The translations under genes were made by a program, and so were the position numbers. The notes below the pieces were generated by a model, which was not told the origin of the DNA, did not search any database, and worked only from the letters and a program-made list of their open reading frames with translations. 64,000 bases of DNA from Candidatus Omnitrophota bacterium (GTDB lineage: Bacteria; Omnitrophota; Gorgyraeia; Gygaellales; Profunditerraquicolaceae), in contig JBAZKL010000003.1 in assembly GCA_041650835.1 (NCBI GenBank), forward strand, positions 99,682 to 163,681, written 5' to 3'. Numbering within the stretch: position 1 is the first letter of the stretch; every line of letters starts with the position of its first letter. Positions 49,503 through 58,524 of the stretch are shown piece by piece.

Positions 49503-50602
49503 TGAGCGCGCGCTTTCAGATAATGAGCGATCCTTGTTATCACCTTCTGCCAATCATACTGACTGCTTAAACGCAGGCCCTGTTCAGAAAGTGTTTTAAG
49601 TTGTGCAGAAGAGCTTAAGGTTGCATGCAACAGGCTGGTTAAATCCCTGACATTATTCTTCTCAAACCGCGGCAGCCCTAAATCCGGACAGCCGGTAGAA
49701 ACAAGCGTCGGCGTAGCAGAAGCCATCGCCTCCAGAGCTGCCAGGGGTAATCCTTCATAGAGAGAAGGTAAAACGAACAGGTCCGCGTGACGATAAACTG
49801 CCGGAAGGCTTTCATAGGGGACCTTGCCCAGGAATTCAACGGCAAACGGCAGCTTCGCGGCTTGAGCGCGTAAACGTTTTTCCTCCCTGCCAACACCGGC
49901 TATCCGCACCGCGATCCCGGTGCTGCCGGGAAGGTTCTTTACCGCGCTCAACAAAATATCGATCCCCTTCCTGGCATCCAGCCTGCCGGCATAGAGTATT
50001 GTTTTTACCGCCTGCCCGAAGCTGCGCGCCGATACGGGTTTAAAAAGCCCCGTATCCACACCGTTAGGAATGATCTCTATTCTTTCTTTCTGCGCCCCCA
50101 TAAACTGAAGCTCCTCCGCCATATCCCGAGAAAGAGCGATGAGCCCGGAAGCTTTCTTTAACAATGTTTTCTCATAAGGGATATACGCCTTATTCAAAAA
50201 AGCGTACAAGGGCCTGCCCATTAATACGCAAGCCTTATACTCTCCATAGCGGCTGCCCTGAAAATGAGCCACGAGCGGCCGGGTTATCCGGCAGACAAAA
50301 GGAGAAGACAGGCTGTATAACAAATCGAATCTTTTTTCTATCTTCGGTATTATGCCGCCGGCATAGTAAGCAAACGACGGCATCCGGGTCAAAAAAGTCT
50401 TACCCAAAAGCGGGACACGGTAGAGCGAAACCAGCCCTCTCGTTTCTTTCCTGACTTTATATATCGTCGGATCACCCGCGATTATCGTCAACTCAATCCC
50501 GTGCTCTGGAAGAAGGCGTTCGATATAACCTGAACAAACTCCCATCCCCCCTTTTGCGTAGGGAGGATGGTCACGGCTTAACATTAAGACCTTCATAGCC
50601 AT
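49499..50602 (-). CDS. Glycosyltransferase family 4 (GT-B, retaining)
   Basis: 367 aa with an N-terminal GGMG motif (PYAKGGMGV) and a C-terminal E-x7-E motif (EGLPLAALEAMASATPTLVS). Confidence 0.8.
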   Translation of the reverse strand: MAMKVLMLSRDHPPYAKGGMGVCSGYIERLLPEHGIELTIIAGDPTIYKVRKETRGLVSLYRVPLLGKTFLTRMPSFAYYAGGIIPKIEKRFDLLYSLSSPFVCRITRPLVAHFQGSRYGEYKACVLMGRPLYAFLNKAYIPYEKTLLKKASGLIALSRDMAEELQFMGAQKERIEIIPNGVDTGLFKPVSARSFGQAVKTILYAGRLDARKGIDILLSAVKNLPGSTGIAVRIAGVGREEKRLRAQAAKLPFAVEFLGKVPYESLPAVYRHADLFVLPSLYEGLPLAALEAMASATPTLVSTGCPDLGLPRFEKNNVRDLTSLLHATLSSSAQLKTLSEQGLRLSSQYDWQKVITRIAHYLKARAQ

Positions 50603-50622
50603 AAATTATTTTCTTAAGTTTA

Positions 50623-50730
50623 AAAGCTAAAGATCAAATAACAAAGGAAACTCAAAGGTTAAAGTTTCAATTCTAAAATTTAACCTTAAAACTTTAATCT
50701 TCCTTTGTTCTTTAAACTTTAGACTTTAAA
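50623..50730. repeat. Copy B of the hairpin-forming intergenic repeat element
   Basis: The arms are AAAGCTAAAGATCAAATAACAAAGGAA (50623-50649) and TTCCTTTGTTCTTTAAACTTTAGACTTTAAA (50700-50730). It lies 17 bp downstream of the epimerase stop and ~20 bp upstream of the GT4 start. Confidence 0.5.
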
Positions 50731-50761
50731 ATTATCTTATTACTCCTGATTCTATTAAACA

Positions 50762-51856
50762 TTACGCGTACTCCCGCAGGCGGTCCACGATCACCTCGGA
50801 AGCAGTAAAAAGAAGCGGCTGCATAAGTTTATTCTCCCGGTTAAACGCCGGGTAACCGGTGATGAAGGATCCTGCAATAGTTTTATCGAACCGGGAAAGA
50901 ACAACATTTTCTCCCAACCCTTCACTTCTCTCCGTATGCGCGCGCAGGAGTAAACACGGTTTCCCTAAATAATACGCCTCCTCCTGGATACTGCCTCCAT
51001 CGGTCAAGACACACGCGCATTGTTCAAGCAAGAACATGAATTGGCGATGAGAAACAATAGCGCAGGATTCAATGTTACGCATACCCAAAACCTTCCGCAA
51101 CAGCCCGTATTTGTTCAACTGCCGCGCGGTCGGGGAGTGCTGCACAAAAACAACAGGCATATGCGAACAGGCGCGCTCAATGGTATCGACAATAAATTCA
51201 ATACGGCGCTTCGAGAAAATATTCTCAAACCGATGGAACGTTACCAGGCAATACCCGCGCTCCCGCGGTTGTATATTCCTGTTTCTTTCAAAGCTGAAGC
51301 GCGCCGTTTCAAACGATGTATTCGCCGGCATCAATACCGATTTATCCTTATACCCCATGCCGTCAAGATTTTGATACGCCCAGGCGGAGGGAGCGAAAAG
51401 GATATCGGAGAATTTCATCGCAATGAGCCTGACGATTTCTTCAGGAAAAGGCGCGTTCCAGTGAAAAGACCGTAATCCGGCCTCGATATGCGCGACCGGC
51501 AAACCGGCCCGCTTCGCCAGGTATAAACCTAAAAGCGTGGAAATTGTATCGCCATGCACCAGGCATATCCCGGATTTCCCGTGAAAAACATTCCTTTTTA
51601 TCCAGGCGGAAGAAGCGCTCCTCAAGAGCATCCCGCTCAACCAAATAAACGCCTGCGGCAGCGTAGCAATATCCCTTCCTCGCGACAAACACGCTCCAGG
51701 CTCATCCAAAGAAAACTCGGCACGCAACTCTTTGGAGAGTAACGCGTGTTGGCCAAGGTCGATGAGATTATACGGGATATTTTTTGCCTTCAGGCGCCAG
51801 AGGACCGGAGCCATTTTTACAACCTGGGCCTTTGTGCCGAGAGCGATATGGATCAT
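50762..51856 (-). CDS. UDP-N-acetylglucosamine 2-epimerase-like (WecB/MnaA family)
   Basis: Start set at MIHIALGTKAQVVKMAPV, which aligns with the canonical epimerase N-terminus (M..I..v.GTRPe.iKmaPl). It also has HIEAGLRS and the PFPEE motif. The track ORF extends to 51931 through the 18-bp tandem repeat, which would add an N/D/T-rich extension (NDTNDNNDTNDNNDT). Confidence 0.7.
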   Translation of the reverse strand: MIHIALGTKAQVVKMAPVLWRLKAKNIPYNLIDLGQHALLSKELRAEFSLDEPGACLSRGRDIATLPQAFIWLSGMLLRSASSAWIKRNVFHGKSGICLVHGDTISTLLGLYLAKRAGLPVAHIEAGLRSFHWNAPFPEEIVRLIAMKFSDILFAPSAWAYQNLDGMGYKDKSVLMPANTSFETARFSFERNRNIQPRERGYCLVTFHRFENIFSKRRIEFIVDTIERACSHMPVVFVQHSPTARQLNKYGLLRKVLGMRNIESCAIVSHRQFMFLLEQCACVLTDGGSIQEEAYYLGKPCLLLRAHTERSEGLGENVVLSRFDKTIAGSFITGYPAFNRENKLMQPLLFTASEVIVDRLREYA

Positions 51857-51901
51857 AGTATCGTTATTGTCGTTAGTATCGTTATTGTCGTTAGTATCGT
51901 T
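51857..51901. repeat. Tandem repeat of 18 bp x 2.5 copies, immediately 5' of the epimerase start codon
   Basis: AGTATCGTTATTGTCGTT, AGTATCGTTATTGTCGTT, AGTATCGTT. It is followed by degenerate AACGA-rich sequence up to 51945. Confidence 0.7.
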
Positions 51902-51945
51902 TAATATGTTCAACGAAAATAACGAATACAACGGAACTAACGATA

Positions 51946-53478
51946 TTACCCTTTTATTTTAAGCAACTCAGTATTACCAATGCGATGAACCGGAATGATC
52001 CGGTCCCTGTATTTCACAAGGAACTCCTTAAGGTAAACACTTGTATTATCCCAGGCCTCAGAAACAATAATATATCTGATATTATTCGCTAAAACTGCCT
52101 GCCATATAACATCGGGATCCCGGCTGAACGGATACACAACCGATTGATGTCCCGTGTATAAATACGTTACGGTCGGTTTACGTGAAATGATCCGCTCTTT
52201 ATCCTTCACCTGCGATGCTATCCACGCATTCATAGCCAGAAAATTCCGCGCGGGCGGATAATCGGTAATATACGACCAAAGCTTCAGGTACCTATCGCGC
52301 GGGGAGAACCACAGTGCACAGATCAACTGCGCCACCAGCGCCAACTGGAGCGCCTTTAAGGCTTTCTGCGGGCTGCGGGTAAAGAATCGGAAAACCGCGG
52401 TAAGGCCGAAAAAGTAAAAATAAAATACAAACGGCAAGATAGGAAATAAATATCTCCCGTCTTCATAAAAAGGCCAGAAAGAAATCAGGAAAAGATACGC
52501 CAGGAAATAGATAACAAATACCCGGCGGCCGCGCTTCATCCGGTCCCAAAGCCCTAACCAGACTATATAAAAAGATATGCACACCGCGGCATTATAAAAC
52601 GCCCCCGGAATAGGAAAAGGCAGGAGCGCTTCCTGGATATTCGAAGCGTAAAAATTTATCCCTTCAATAAAACGCAGCAATAAAAACCAGGGATTATCGG
52701 TGATCAAGCCGTGATGAGGGGCATAGCCGTCCAAAGGAAGGAACTGCTGGGCAAAAGAAGGAGCATACGGCGAAGCGACAGAGGCATTACGCAGCTGCCA
52801 AACAAGGAAGACAGGGACAAAAACAGCTGTAAGAAAAATGATCTTTTTCTTGACGGCTTTACCATCATCATTCTTTCTTTCCATCCATAAAGACAAGAGC
52901 ACGCTCAAGAATACCAGGACCCCGACATACCGGAAGAAATAAACCAGGAGCAAAGCCGCGGCAGTTAACCATCCTTCCTTATTAATGACCGTCGGCATTC
53001 TTTTGTAACGGGCGAAGGTTAAAAAGCTTATCCCTGAAAAAAACAATAACGGGACCTCGGTCAGGATTTTATGCGAATAACCCCAGTAGAGCCTGTTTAA
53101 GAACAAGAACGCCACAAGGAAAAAAGCCGCCGGATGCGGCAGGTCTTCTTTGAATAACCGGTAAAAGGCCACCAGCGTAAAGTAAGATAACAATAAAATG
53201 AGCACCTGCATCAGCCAGAAATTCCTGCCGAAGAAAAACAGTATAGCCGACAATAAAACGGAGATCCCCGGAGCTAAAACGGACAAAGGTTTACCCGGAT
53301 AATTTACCATCCGTAAACCATCGCCTTGAGCTAAAGATTCACCGATAATGATATACTGCGCGCTATCCCCGCCGGTATCAAGAAGTCCGGGAGCAACACA
53401 CCGAAGACCGCAATACCAGAAAATAACGCTCAATAAAATCCAATGCCAATTCCTGGCGGCCCTTTGCACAACGCTCAT
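51946..53478 (-). CDS. GT-C fold polytopic membrane glycosyltransferase (GT39 / ArnT-like)
   Basis: 510 aa with ~12 TM helices. It is translationally coupled (ATGA) to the upstream GT2 polyprenyl-phosphate sugar synthase. ArnC-ArnT-like pairing. Confidence 0.55.
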   Translation of the reverse strand: MSVVQRAARNWHWILLSVIFWYCGLRCVAPGLLDTGGDSAQYIIIGESLAQGDGLRMVNYPGKPLSVLAPGISVLLSAILFFFGRNFWLMQVLILLLSYFTLVAFYRLFKEDLPHPAAFFLVAFLFLNRLYWGYSHKILTEVPLLFFSGISFLTFARYKRMPTVINKEGWLTAAALLLVYFFRYVGVLVFLSVLLSLWMERKNDDGKAVKKKIIFLTAVFVPVFLVWQLRNASVASPYAPSFAQQFLPLDGYAPHHGLITDNPWFLLLRFIEGINFYASNIQEALLPFPIPGAFYNAAVCISFYIVWLGLWDRMKRGRRVFVIYFLAYLFLISFWPFYEDGRYLFPILPFVFYFYFFGLTAVFRFFTRSPQKALKALQLALVAQLICALWFSPRDRYLKLWSYITDYPPARNFLAMNAWIASQVKDKERIISRKPTVTYLYTGHQSVVYPFSRDPDVIWQAVLANNIRYIIVSEAWDNTSVYLKEFLVKYRDRIIPVHRIGNTELLKIKG

Positions 53479-54386
53479 TCTTCGGTCCTATCCATCCTCA
53501 ATTGATTGATCTGCTCGGAGACAAGGCCGAGCATAAATATGACCAGGGAAGCGGTAAAAAGCAAAACGCTCATATTGGTAAACCGGTGGCTGGAAATGAA
53601 GGTATAAACGTAATAAACAAATCCGCTTATAAAAAACACGGCACTGACGGGCATAAACACGCGCAGGGGGGAGAAAAAAACAGCGATGCGTATCATGATA
53701 AGCAAAAACCGCAGGCCGTCTTCCCAAACATTGATCTTGCTGACGCCGTGTTTACGCAGTCCGCCGGAAACAGGCACATACCTGATCGCCCTGCCGCTGT
53801 TTAAAAAGGCAAGCGTCAAAGTGGTGGGGGAAGAAAAACCGTTGGGAAGCAGGTAAATATATTTAACGGCGAACCTGCGCTTTATGGCGCGAAAGCCCGA
53901 AGTCAGGTCTTTTATGGGGAACCGGGTCACATAACCGGAAAAAAAGTTATAACAGCGGTTACCGAAATTGCGCAGGCCAAGCTTCGAAAAATCCCTGGCC
54001 CCGATGACCATATCAAAAGAGTCCAGTTCACGCAAGAGGCGCGGGATATCCCGGGGATTATGCTGTCCGTCGGCATCCATTAAAACCACTATATCCGCGG
54101 CAGAATTGCGCAATCCTGTTTTGATGCAGGCGCCGTTACCCATGCGATAGGGATGCCGGATAACGTGAGCTTGGGCTGCAGCGGCTTTTTCAGCGGTATG
54201 GTCCCCTGAAGCGTCATCAACCACCACTATCCGGCACGCCGGGCCTAAAGTTTCACGGACCTGCAGGATGACCGCAGCAATGGAACCAGCCTCATTATAC
54301 GCAGGCATAATAACTTCCACAGTCTCTTCTTCCATACGCGCCTTTCCCCTTATACCGGAACAAAACACCTCAAATCCGGCACACAA
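53475..54386 (-). CDS. GT2 polyprenyl-phosphate glycosyltransferase (DPM1/ArnC/GtrB-like)
   Basis: 303 aa. It has IVVVDDASGDHT and LMDADGQH (DxD) motifs and C-terminal TM helices. Confidence 0.85.
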   Translation of the reverse strand: MCAGFEVFCSGIRGKARMEEETVEVIMPAYNEAGSIAAVILQVRETLGPACRIVVVDDASGDHTAEKAAAAQAHVIRHPYRMGNGACIKTGLRNSAADIVVLMDADGQHNPRDIPRLLRELDSFDMVIGARDFSKLGLRNFGNRCYNFFSGYVTRFPIKDLTSGFRAIKRRFAVKYIYLLPNGFSSPTTLTLAFLNSGRAIRYVPVSGGLRKHGVSKINVWEDGLRFLLIMIRIAVFFSPLRVFMPVSAVFFISGFVYYVYTFISSHRFTNMSVLLFTASLVIFMLGLVSEQINQLRMDRTEE

Positions 54387-54465
54387 AACACATATATTAT
54401 TGTAACAAAGAATCCAAAAAAACCTATTATTTTCTCCTGGATTTTGCTATAATACTCTTACTCAA

Positions 54466-55422
54466 ATGAAAGAAAATAAAAGAATAAAGATCGCTATCAT
54501 CGTCGAAGACCACCGCCTCCAGGACTATATTGTACTTTTACTGGTAGGGGAAGGCTATGAGGTCAAAGCGTATTCTTCGCAAAGCGACGCCTTGGAAAAC
54601 CTCGAAAAAGAGACAGTCGACCTTATTATCTCCGAGTTCCAATCGCCCAACATCAACGGCCTGGACATCTGCAAAGTCTTACGGAAGAATTTCATCTATA
54701 ACCTTATCCCCATGTTCTTCCTTATTCCCGATAAAGCCCCGTTGAATGCGGCCCGGCTCATTTACGCGGGAGCCGATGACTATATCAAGAAATCATTGAT
54801 CGAAGAAGAATTGTTCCTCAAGGTCAAATTAAACCTCTACCGCAAATCACGCCATCAGGATATCGATAACATCACCCGGCTTCCCGGGCAATCATATTTA
54901 CTGCGGGAGCTACAAAAACGTATCGAGTTCAAGGAATTATTCGCCGTATCGTATATCGACCTGACCAAATTCAAGGAATTCAACCACCGCTACGGATTTG
55001 AGCGGGGCAATGCCGTGATGCAGTATACCGCTTCGCTTATCCACAACACTATGCGCCAAAAAGGCGCGATTTCCGACTTTCTTGCCAAAACCGGCAGCAA
55101 CGACTTTATCATGATCACCTACCCGGAAAATGTCGATGAAATCGTGAACAAGATCATTAAAGAATTTGACACCGATATCCCCTCTTTTTACGATGAAGAA
55201 GACAAAAAGAACGGTTTTATTACGATTAAGGACCGAAACGGCGAAATACAAAGATCACCGTTCTTAAAGATCCACATCGGAGTCGTTATCAACGAATATT
55301 TCCCGCTCTTCTCTCCTACCCGGATCGTTCAGATCGCCAGTGAAGTTAAGGACCTCGCCCAGAAGAACGCCGATAAAAGCGTGTATATTAAAGAGGACCG
55401 CAAGCATTATATTATCTCTTAA
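54466..55422 (+). CDS. Pseudo-receiver fused to a degenerate GGDEF-like domain
   Basis: 318 aa, paralogous to 26525..27487 (RLPGQ, IDLTKFKEFNHRYGFERGN). At the receiver phospho-acceptor position Asp is replaced by Glu (DLIISEF). The GG(D/E)EF motif reads TGSNDF. Confidence 0.7.
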   Translation: MKENKRIKIAIIVEDHRLQDYIVLLLVGEGYEVKAYSSQSDALENLEKETVDLIISEFQSPNINGLDICKVLRKNFIYNLIPMFFLIPDKAPLNAARLIYAGADDYIKKSLIEEELFLKVKLNLYRKSRHQDIDNITRLPGQSYLLRELQKRIEFKELFAVSYIDLTKFKEFNHRYGFERGNAVMQYTASLIHNTMRQKGAISDFLAKTGSNDFIMITYPENVDEIVNKIIKEFDTDIPSFYDEEDKKNGFITIKDRNGEIQRSPFLKIHIGVVINEYFPLFSPTRIVQIASEVKDLAQKNADKSVYIKEDRKHYIIS

Positions 55423-55428
55423 GTAAAG

Positions 55429-57441
55429 TTATTGAGCGGTTTTTTTCTCTTGAGCGGAAATTTCTTGTATCGTGGAGAGAAAATCGGCATTGACCGGGTA
55501 TCCCAGAGTAAGGGCTCGACGCGCATGGAAGCGCGCAAGGTGCCCGCGCGGAGGCTCCAGAGACCCGTAAATAACAGCAAGATTATTATGCGCCTCAGCG
55601 GAATCAGGGTTAAGTATAAGCGCTTCTTTCAGATGCCGTAAAGCCCGCAGGTCGGCATTACGCGCATAACAGGTACCTAACGCGTATTGTGAAAAATAGT
55701 ATCCGGGATTCAAGCGCACCGACTTTTCGTACGCGGTGATCGCAACGGTGAGATCTCCGAGCTCCTCACAAGCCTGACCTAAACCATAATAACCCAGATA
55801 TGAATCGGGGTCAGCTTTTATTGCCGAAAGAAAGTGCTCTTTGGCGCGCGCGGGATCATTTTCCAGGAGGCAAAGCTGCCCGAGGCCGACGTACATTTCA
55901 GACGCCGCCGGATTAATACGCAAACCCTCTTCCCAGCGATGGTGAGCCTCCTGAGCCCTGCCCATTGCCAGATAGATCCTGCCCAGAAAATTATAAATAT
56001 GGAAATTATTATTATCGATCCCTTTTGCCTGAAGCAGTAACCGCTCTGCGTCGGCCAGGCGGTTTTCTTTTTCCGCGACATACGCCAGATTGATCCTGCC
56101 GGTGACCTGATTCTCAATAGTGTTGGATAAGACAAGCGACTTTCCAATAAGGGCCTTTGCTTTACTATAGTCACCCTCGTTTAAATACTCAACGCCCAGA
56201 TTATGCAAGGCAATGGTTGATGCGGGTTCAGTTTTTAGAACAGCTTTCCAGAGACGCGTTGCGCTTGACCATTCGTAATTCCTCATCCATACCAGGATAA
56301 TGAAAATACCCAGCACGCAGGCATACAGGTACGGAATGACCTGATTCCAGCGCCGATACAGCCGATCGAGTGATAAAGCCGCAATAAAATACAGGCCGAT
56401 CGAGCCGCAATAAAAATGGTGCTCCGCCGCAACAATGTTAAGGACCGCGTAAAATTTCGGCAGCTGGCAGATCACATACCATGCCAGCCCAAAGCTTACC
56501 CAGGGCTGTTTTTTACGCAACACCAGGATCATAACGATAAGTATGACGATACCTACGATAGACAAGAACGCCGCGGGCTCATAAACCGAGGTAAGCGAAG
56601 GAAAACTATGGTGTATTGATAACGGATAGGGAAAAAGAAAAAGCCTTAAGGAAAAAAATAACACCGCCGCCTGGGTAAGGGCATTCGCGGAAAAACTTCT
56701 CAAAGGACTGGCTAAGGGAGCCAATATCCCGGCACTGCTGCCGATCATAAAAAAGCGGTATTGCCAATACGCCACCGACAAAAAGGCCAAACCGATATAA
56801 AGAACACGCCGGCGCAGAAGGCACTGCAACAACGGCTCACCGGGATGAACGACGAGGAGATCATAGGCAAGGACCAAGAGGCCGAAGACTAAGGCGCTTT
56901 CTTTTGTTAAGAGCGCGCACAGATACATAAGCAAAACCAGCGCATTCTTGTGCTTCAAGAGGAAGATCATGCCCGCGAGGATAAAAAAAGTCACCAACAG
57001 ATCGGAACGGCAGGTAATGTAACTTACCGCCTGAGTATTGAGCGGATGGCAGACAAAAAGTATCGTTACGCCTAAGCGGACGGCAAAGGCAAGGTCTTTT
57101 TTAAGATACTTAATTATCTGGAACAGCAAAACCGCATTTAAGAAATGTATCAAGACATTGATACAATGGTACCCAAAAGGCTTAAGCCCGCTAAAAAAAT
57201 AATTAAAGCTGAAGGTGATCATCAATAACGGGCGAAGCATCCCTTTTCCGACATTAGTTTCAGAAGTATATGTCCCCTGAAAAAATAAAGGGATATAGCG
57301 GAAGCTTTTGATAAAAAGATTATGGACTATCGTGTGCAGGTCGTCAAAAATAAAGGGGTTCCCTAAAGAATTAAAATAGAGGACGCAGCAGAATAACGCG
57401 ATGAATAAAACAGCCGTTTTTTCCTTAAAACTTTCTCCCAT
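55429..57441 (-). CDS. TMTC-like membrane protein: N-terminal polytopic GT-C-like domain plus C-terminal TPR repeats
   Basis: 670 aa. The N-terminal ~400 aa have ~11 TM helices with a DD motif in the first loop (FIFDDLHTIVHN). The C-terminal ~270 aa carry 6-7 TPR repeats. Confidence 0.55.
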   Translation of the reverse strand: MGESFKEKTAVLFIALFCCVLYFNSLGNPFIFDDLHTIVHNLFIKSFRYIPLFFQGTYTSETNVGKGMLRPLLMITFSFNYFFSGLKPFGYHCINVLIHFLNAVLLFQIIKYLKKDLAFAVRLGVTILFVCHPLNTQAVSYITCRSDLLVTFFILAGMIFLLKHKNALVLLMYLCALLTKESALVFGLLVLAYDLLVVHPGEPLLQCLLRRRVLYIGLAFLSVAYWQYRFFMIGSSAGILAPLASPLRSFSANALTQAAVLFFSLRLFLFPYPLSIHHSFPSLTSVYEPAAFLSIVGIVILIVMILVLRKKQPWVSFGLAWYVICQLPKFYAVLNIVAAEHHFYCGSIGLYFIAALSLDRLYRRWNQVIPYLYACVLGIFIILVWMRNYEWSSATRLWKAVLKTEPASTIALHNLGVEYLNEGDYSKAKALIGKSLVLSNTIENQVTGRINLAYVAEKENRLADAERLLLQAKGIDNNNFHIYNFLGRIYLAMGRAQEAHHRWEEGLRINPAASEMYVGLGQLCLLENDPARAKEHFLSAIKADPDSYLGYYGLGQACEELGDLTVAITAYEKSVRLNPGYYFSQYALGTCYARNADLRALRHLKEALILNPDSAEAHNNLAVIYGSLEPPRGHLARFHARRALTLGYPVNADFLSTIQEISAQEKKTAQ

Positions 57442-57447
57442 GGCAAC

Positions 57448-57500
57448 AAAAAGCCCCTGTTTTCGTTTAACCTTTGAAAACAGGGGCTTTAAAAAACATA
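57448..57500 (-). terminator. Strong rho-independent terminator downstream of the pilin gene (minus strand)
   Basis: A 13-14 bp perfect stem (AGCCCCTGTTTTC...GAAAACAGGGGCT) is followed on the minus strand by TTTTTGTTG. Confidence 0.6.
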
Positions 57501-57523
57501 CTCTGTTTAAGTTCTCTTATAGC

Positions 57524-57901
57524 TTATAACCCGTGATCATGATCCCGCAGTACGCCTGTGGTATTGCTGTACAAAGCCAACCCTGTAGAATCATAAACAC
57601 TGGCCCTTCTCGGGCAGGTAGGTACCGCTCCGACCAGAAATGGTTCTGCGTGACGGTTAGACGCCGTACCCAAAGAAGCGATCGATACCGGGAAGCCGTT
57701 ATTATCCATACGGTTACGAGCGGCTGATTTAGCATAAAAAGCTGAGATCGCGCTCCTTAAAGAACCGATGTTCCCCTGGCATGCTGCTTGATCAGCATCT
57801 TCTTTCAAACTAACAAAACGAGGAATTGCAACTGCCGCTAAAATACCTATGATAACAATGACCATTACCAATTCAATAAGCGTGAAGCCTTTCTTATTCA
57901 T
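57524..57901 (-). CDS. Type IV pilin / T2SS major pseudopilin (prepilin-type N-terminal methylation domain)
   Basis: 125 aa. It has a class III signal peptide and conserved N-terminus (MNKKGFTLIELVMVIVIIGILAAVAIPRF), with Glu at +5. A GGAGG RBS is present and it is followed by the strong terminator. Confidence 0.85.
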   Translation of the reverse strand: MNKKGFTLIELVMVIVIIGILAAVAIPRFVSLKEDADQAACQGNIGSLRSAISAFYAKSAARNRMDNNGFPVSIASLGTASNRHAEPFLVGAVPTCPRRASVYDSTGLALYSNTTGVLRDHDHGL

Positions 57902-57987
57902 TTCTCACCTCCTCTTAAAAGTTTACCATATTGACCGTTTTATTGTCAAGTATTTTCGTAAATTAATCTATCCTCACCCGACGATTA

Positions 57988-58524
57988 TTACTCGACAAAT
58001 GTATATGATACCATATCAAAAGTGATCTCCTGATAGGGCAAAAGGGCCTTCTTCCGGGTAATAGTAACAGCCCCCACCGACACGAGCCTTTCCATCGCGC
58101 TCAACTTCTCAAGAAAATTGATCGCCTGCGGATAGGTGCTTTCATATTTCATTTTGATAAAAAACTGCTTCAAACCGTTATTTGCCGGGTCAGGCTTGCC
58201 TGAATCGGTTATTTTAAAGCTGCCGCCTTTTAATCCCGCTTGCGTACTGACGCGAATAAGGTCCTTGACTAAACTAAAAGGCTTCTCTTCATTAACAGGG
58301 ACCACTTTATTTATTTTCTGCTCTTCCTGCTTCAAAGCCTCATTTTTGCGCTCCAACTCGGCTAAATACTTGTTTGCGTTCTCTTCTTTTTCATATTCCG
58401 CGGTTTTCTCCGCCAGCGACGCCTTTAAATCAATATTTTCTTTAAGGTACCAGCCGAAAAGCGCGATAACCAGCACCAGAATAACAATAACAACTATATT
58501 AACGATCAGGTTCAATTTTTTCAT
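57988..58524 (-). CDS. PilO/GspM-like pilus assembly protein
   Basis: 178 aa with an N-terminal TM, then a coiled coil, then a C-terminal globular domain. It is positioned directly after the pilM-pilN fusion. Confidence 0.5.
   Translation of the reverse strand: MKKLNLIVNIVVIVILVLVIALFGWYLKENIDLKASLAEKTAEYEKEENANKYLAELERKNEALKQEEQKINKVVPVNEEKPFSLVKDLIRVSTQAGLKGGSFKITDSGKPDPANNGLKQFFIKMKYESTYPQAINFLEKLSAMERLVSVGAVTITRKKALLPYQEITFDMVSYTFVE

Noticed and set aside
51857-51901. Considered whether the 18-bp tandem repeat could be a CRISPR array.
   Set aside because: The repeats are directly adjacent with no spacers, there are only 2.5 copies, and no cas genes are present. It is a simple tandem repeat.
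51732-51962. 76-aa plus-strand ORF whose C-terminus (LSLVSLLSLVS) is encoded by the 18-bp tandem repeat.
   Set aside because: It is an artefact of translating the tandem repeat on the opposite strand of the epimerase start region.
57902-57987. Tried to assign a sigma70 or sigma54 promoter upstream of the pilin gene (TTGACA...TAAACT on the minus strand).
   Set aside because: The candidate -10 would place the TSS inside the GGAGG RBS. No TGGCAC-N5-TTGC sigma54 motif is present. A promoter is probably here but cannot be pinned down by eye.
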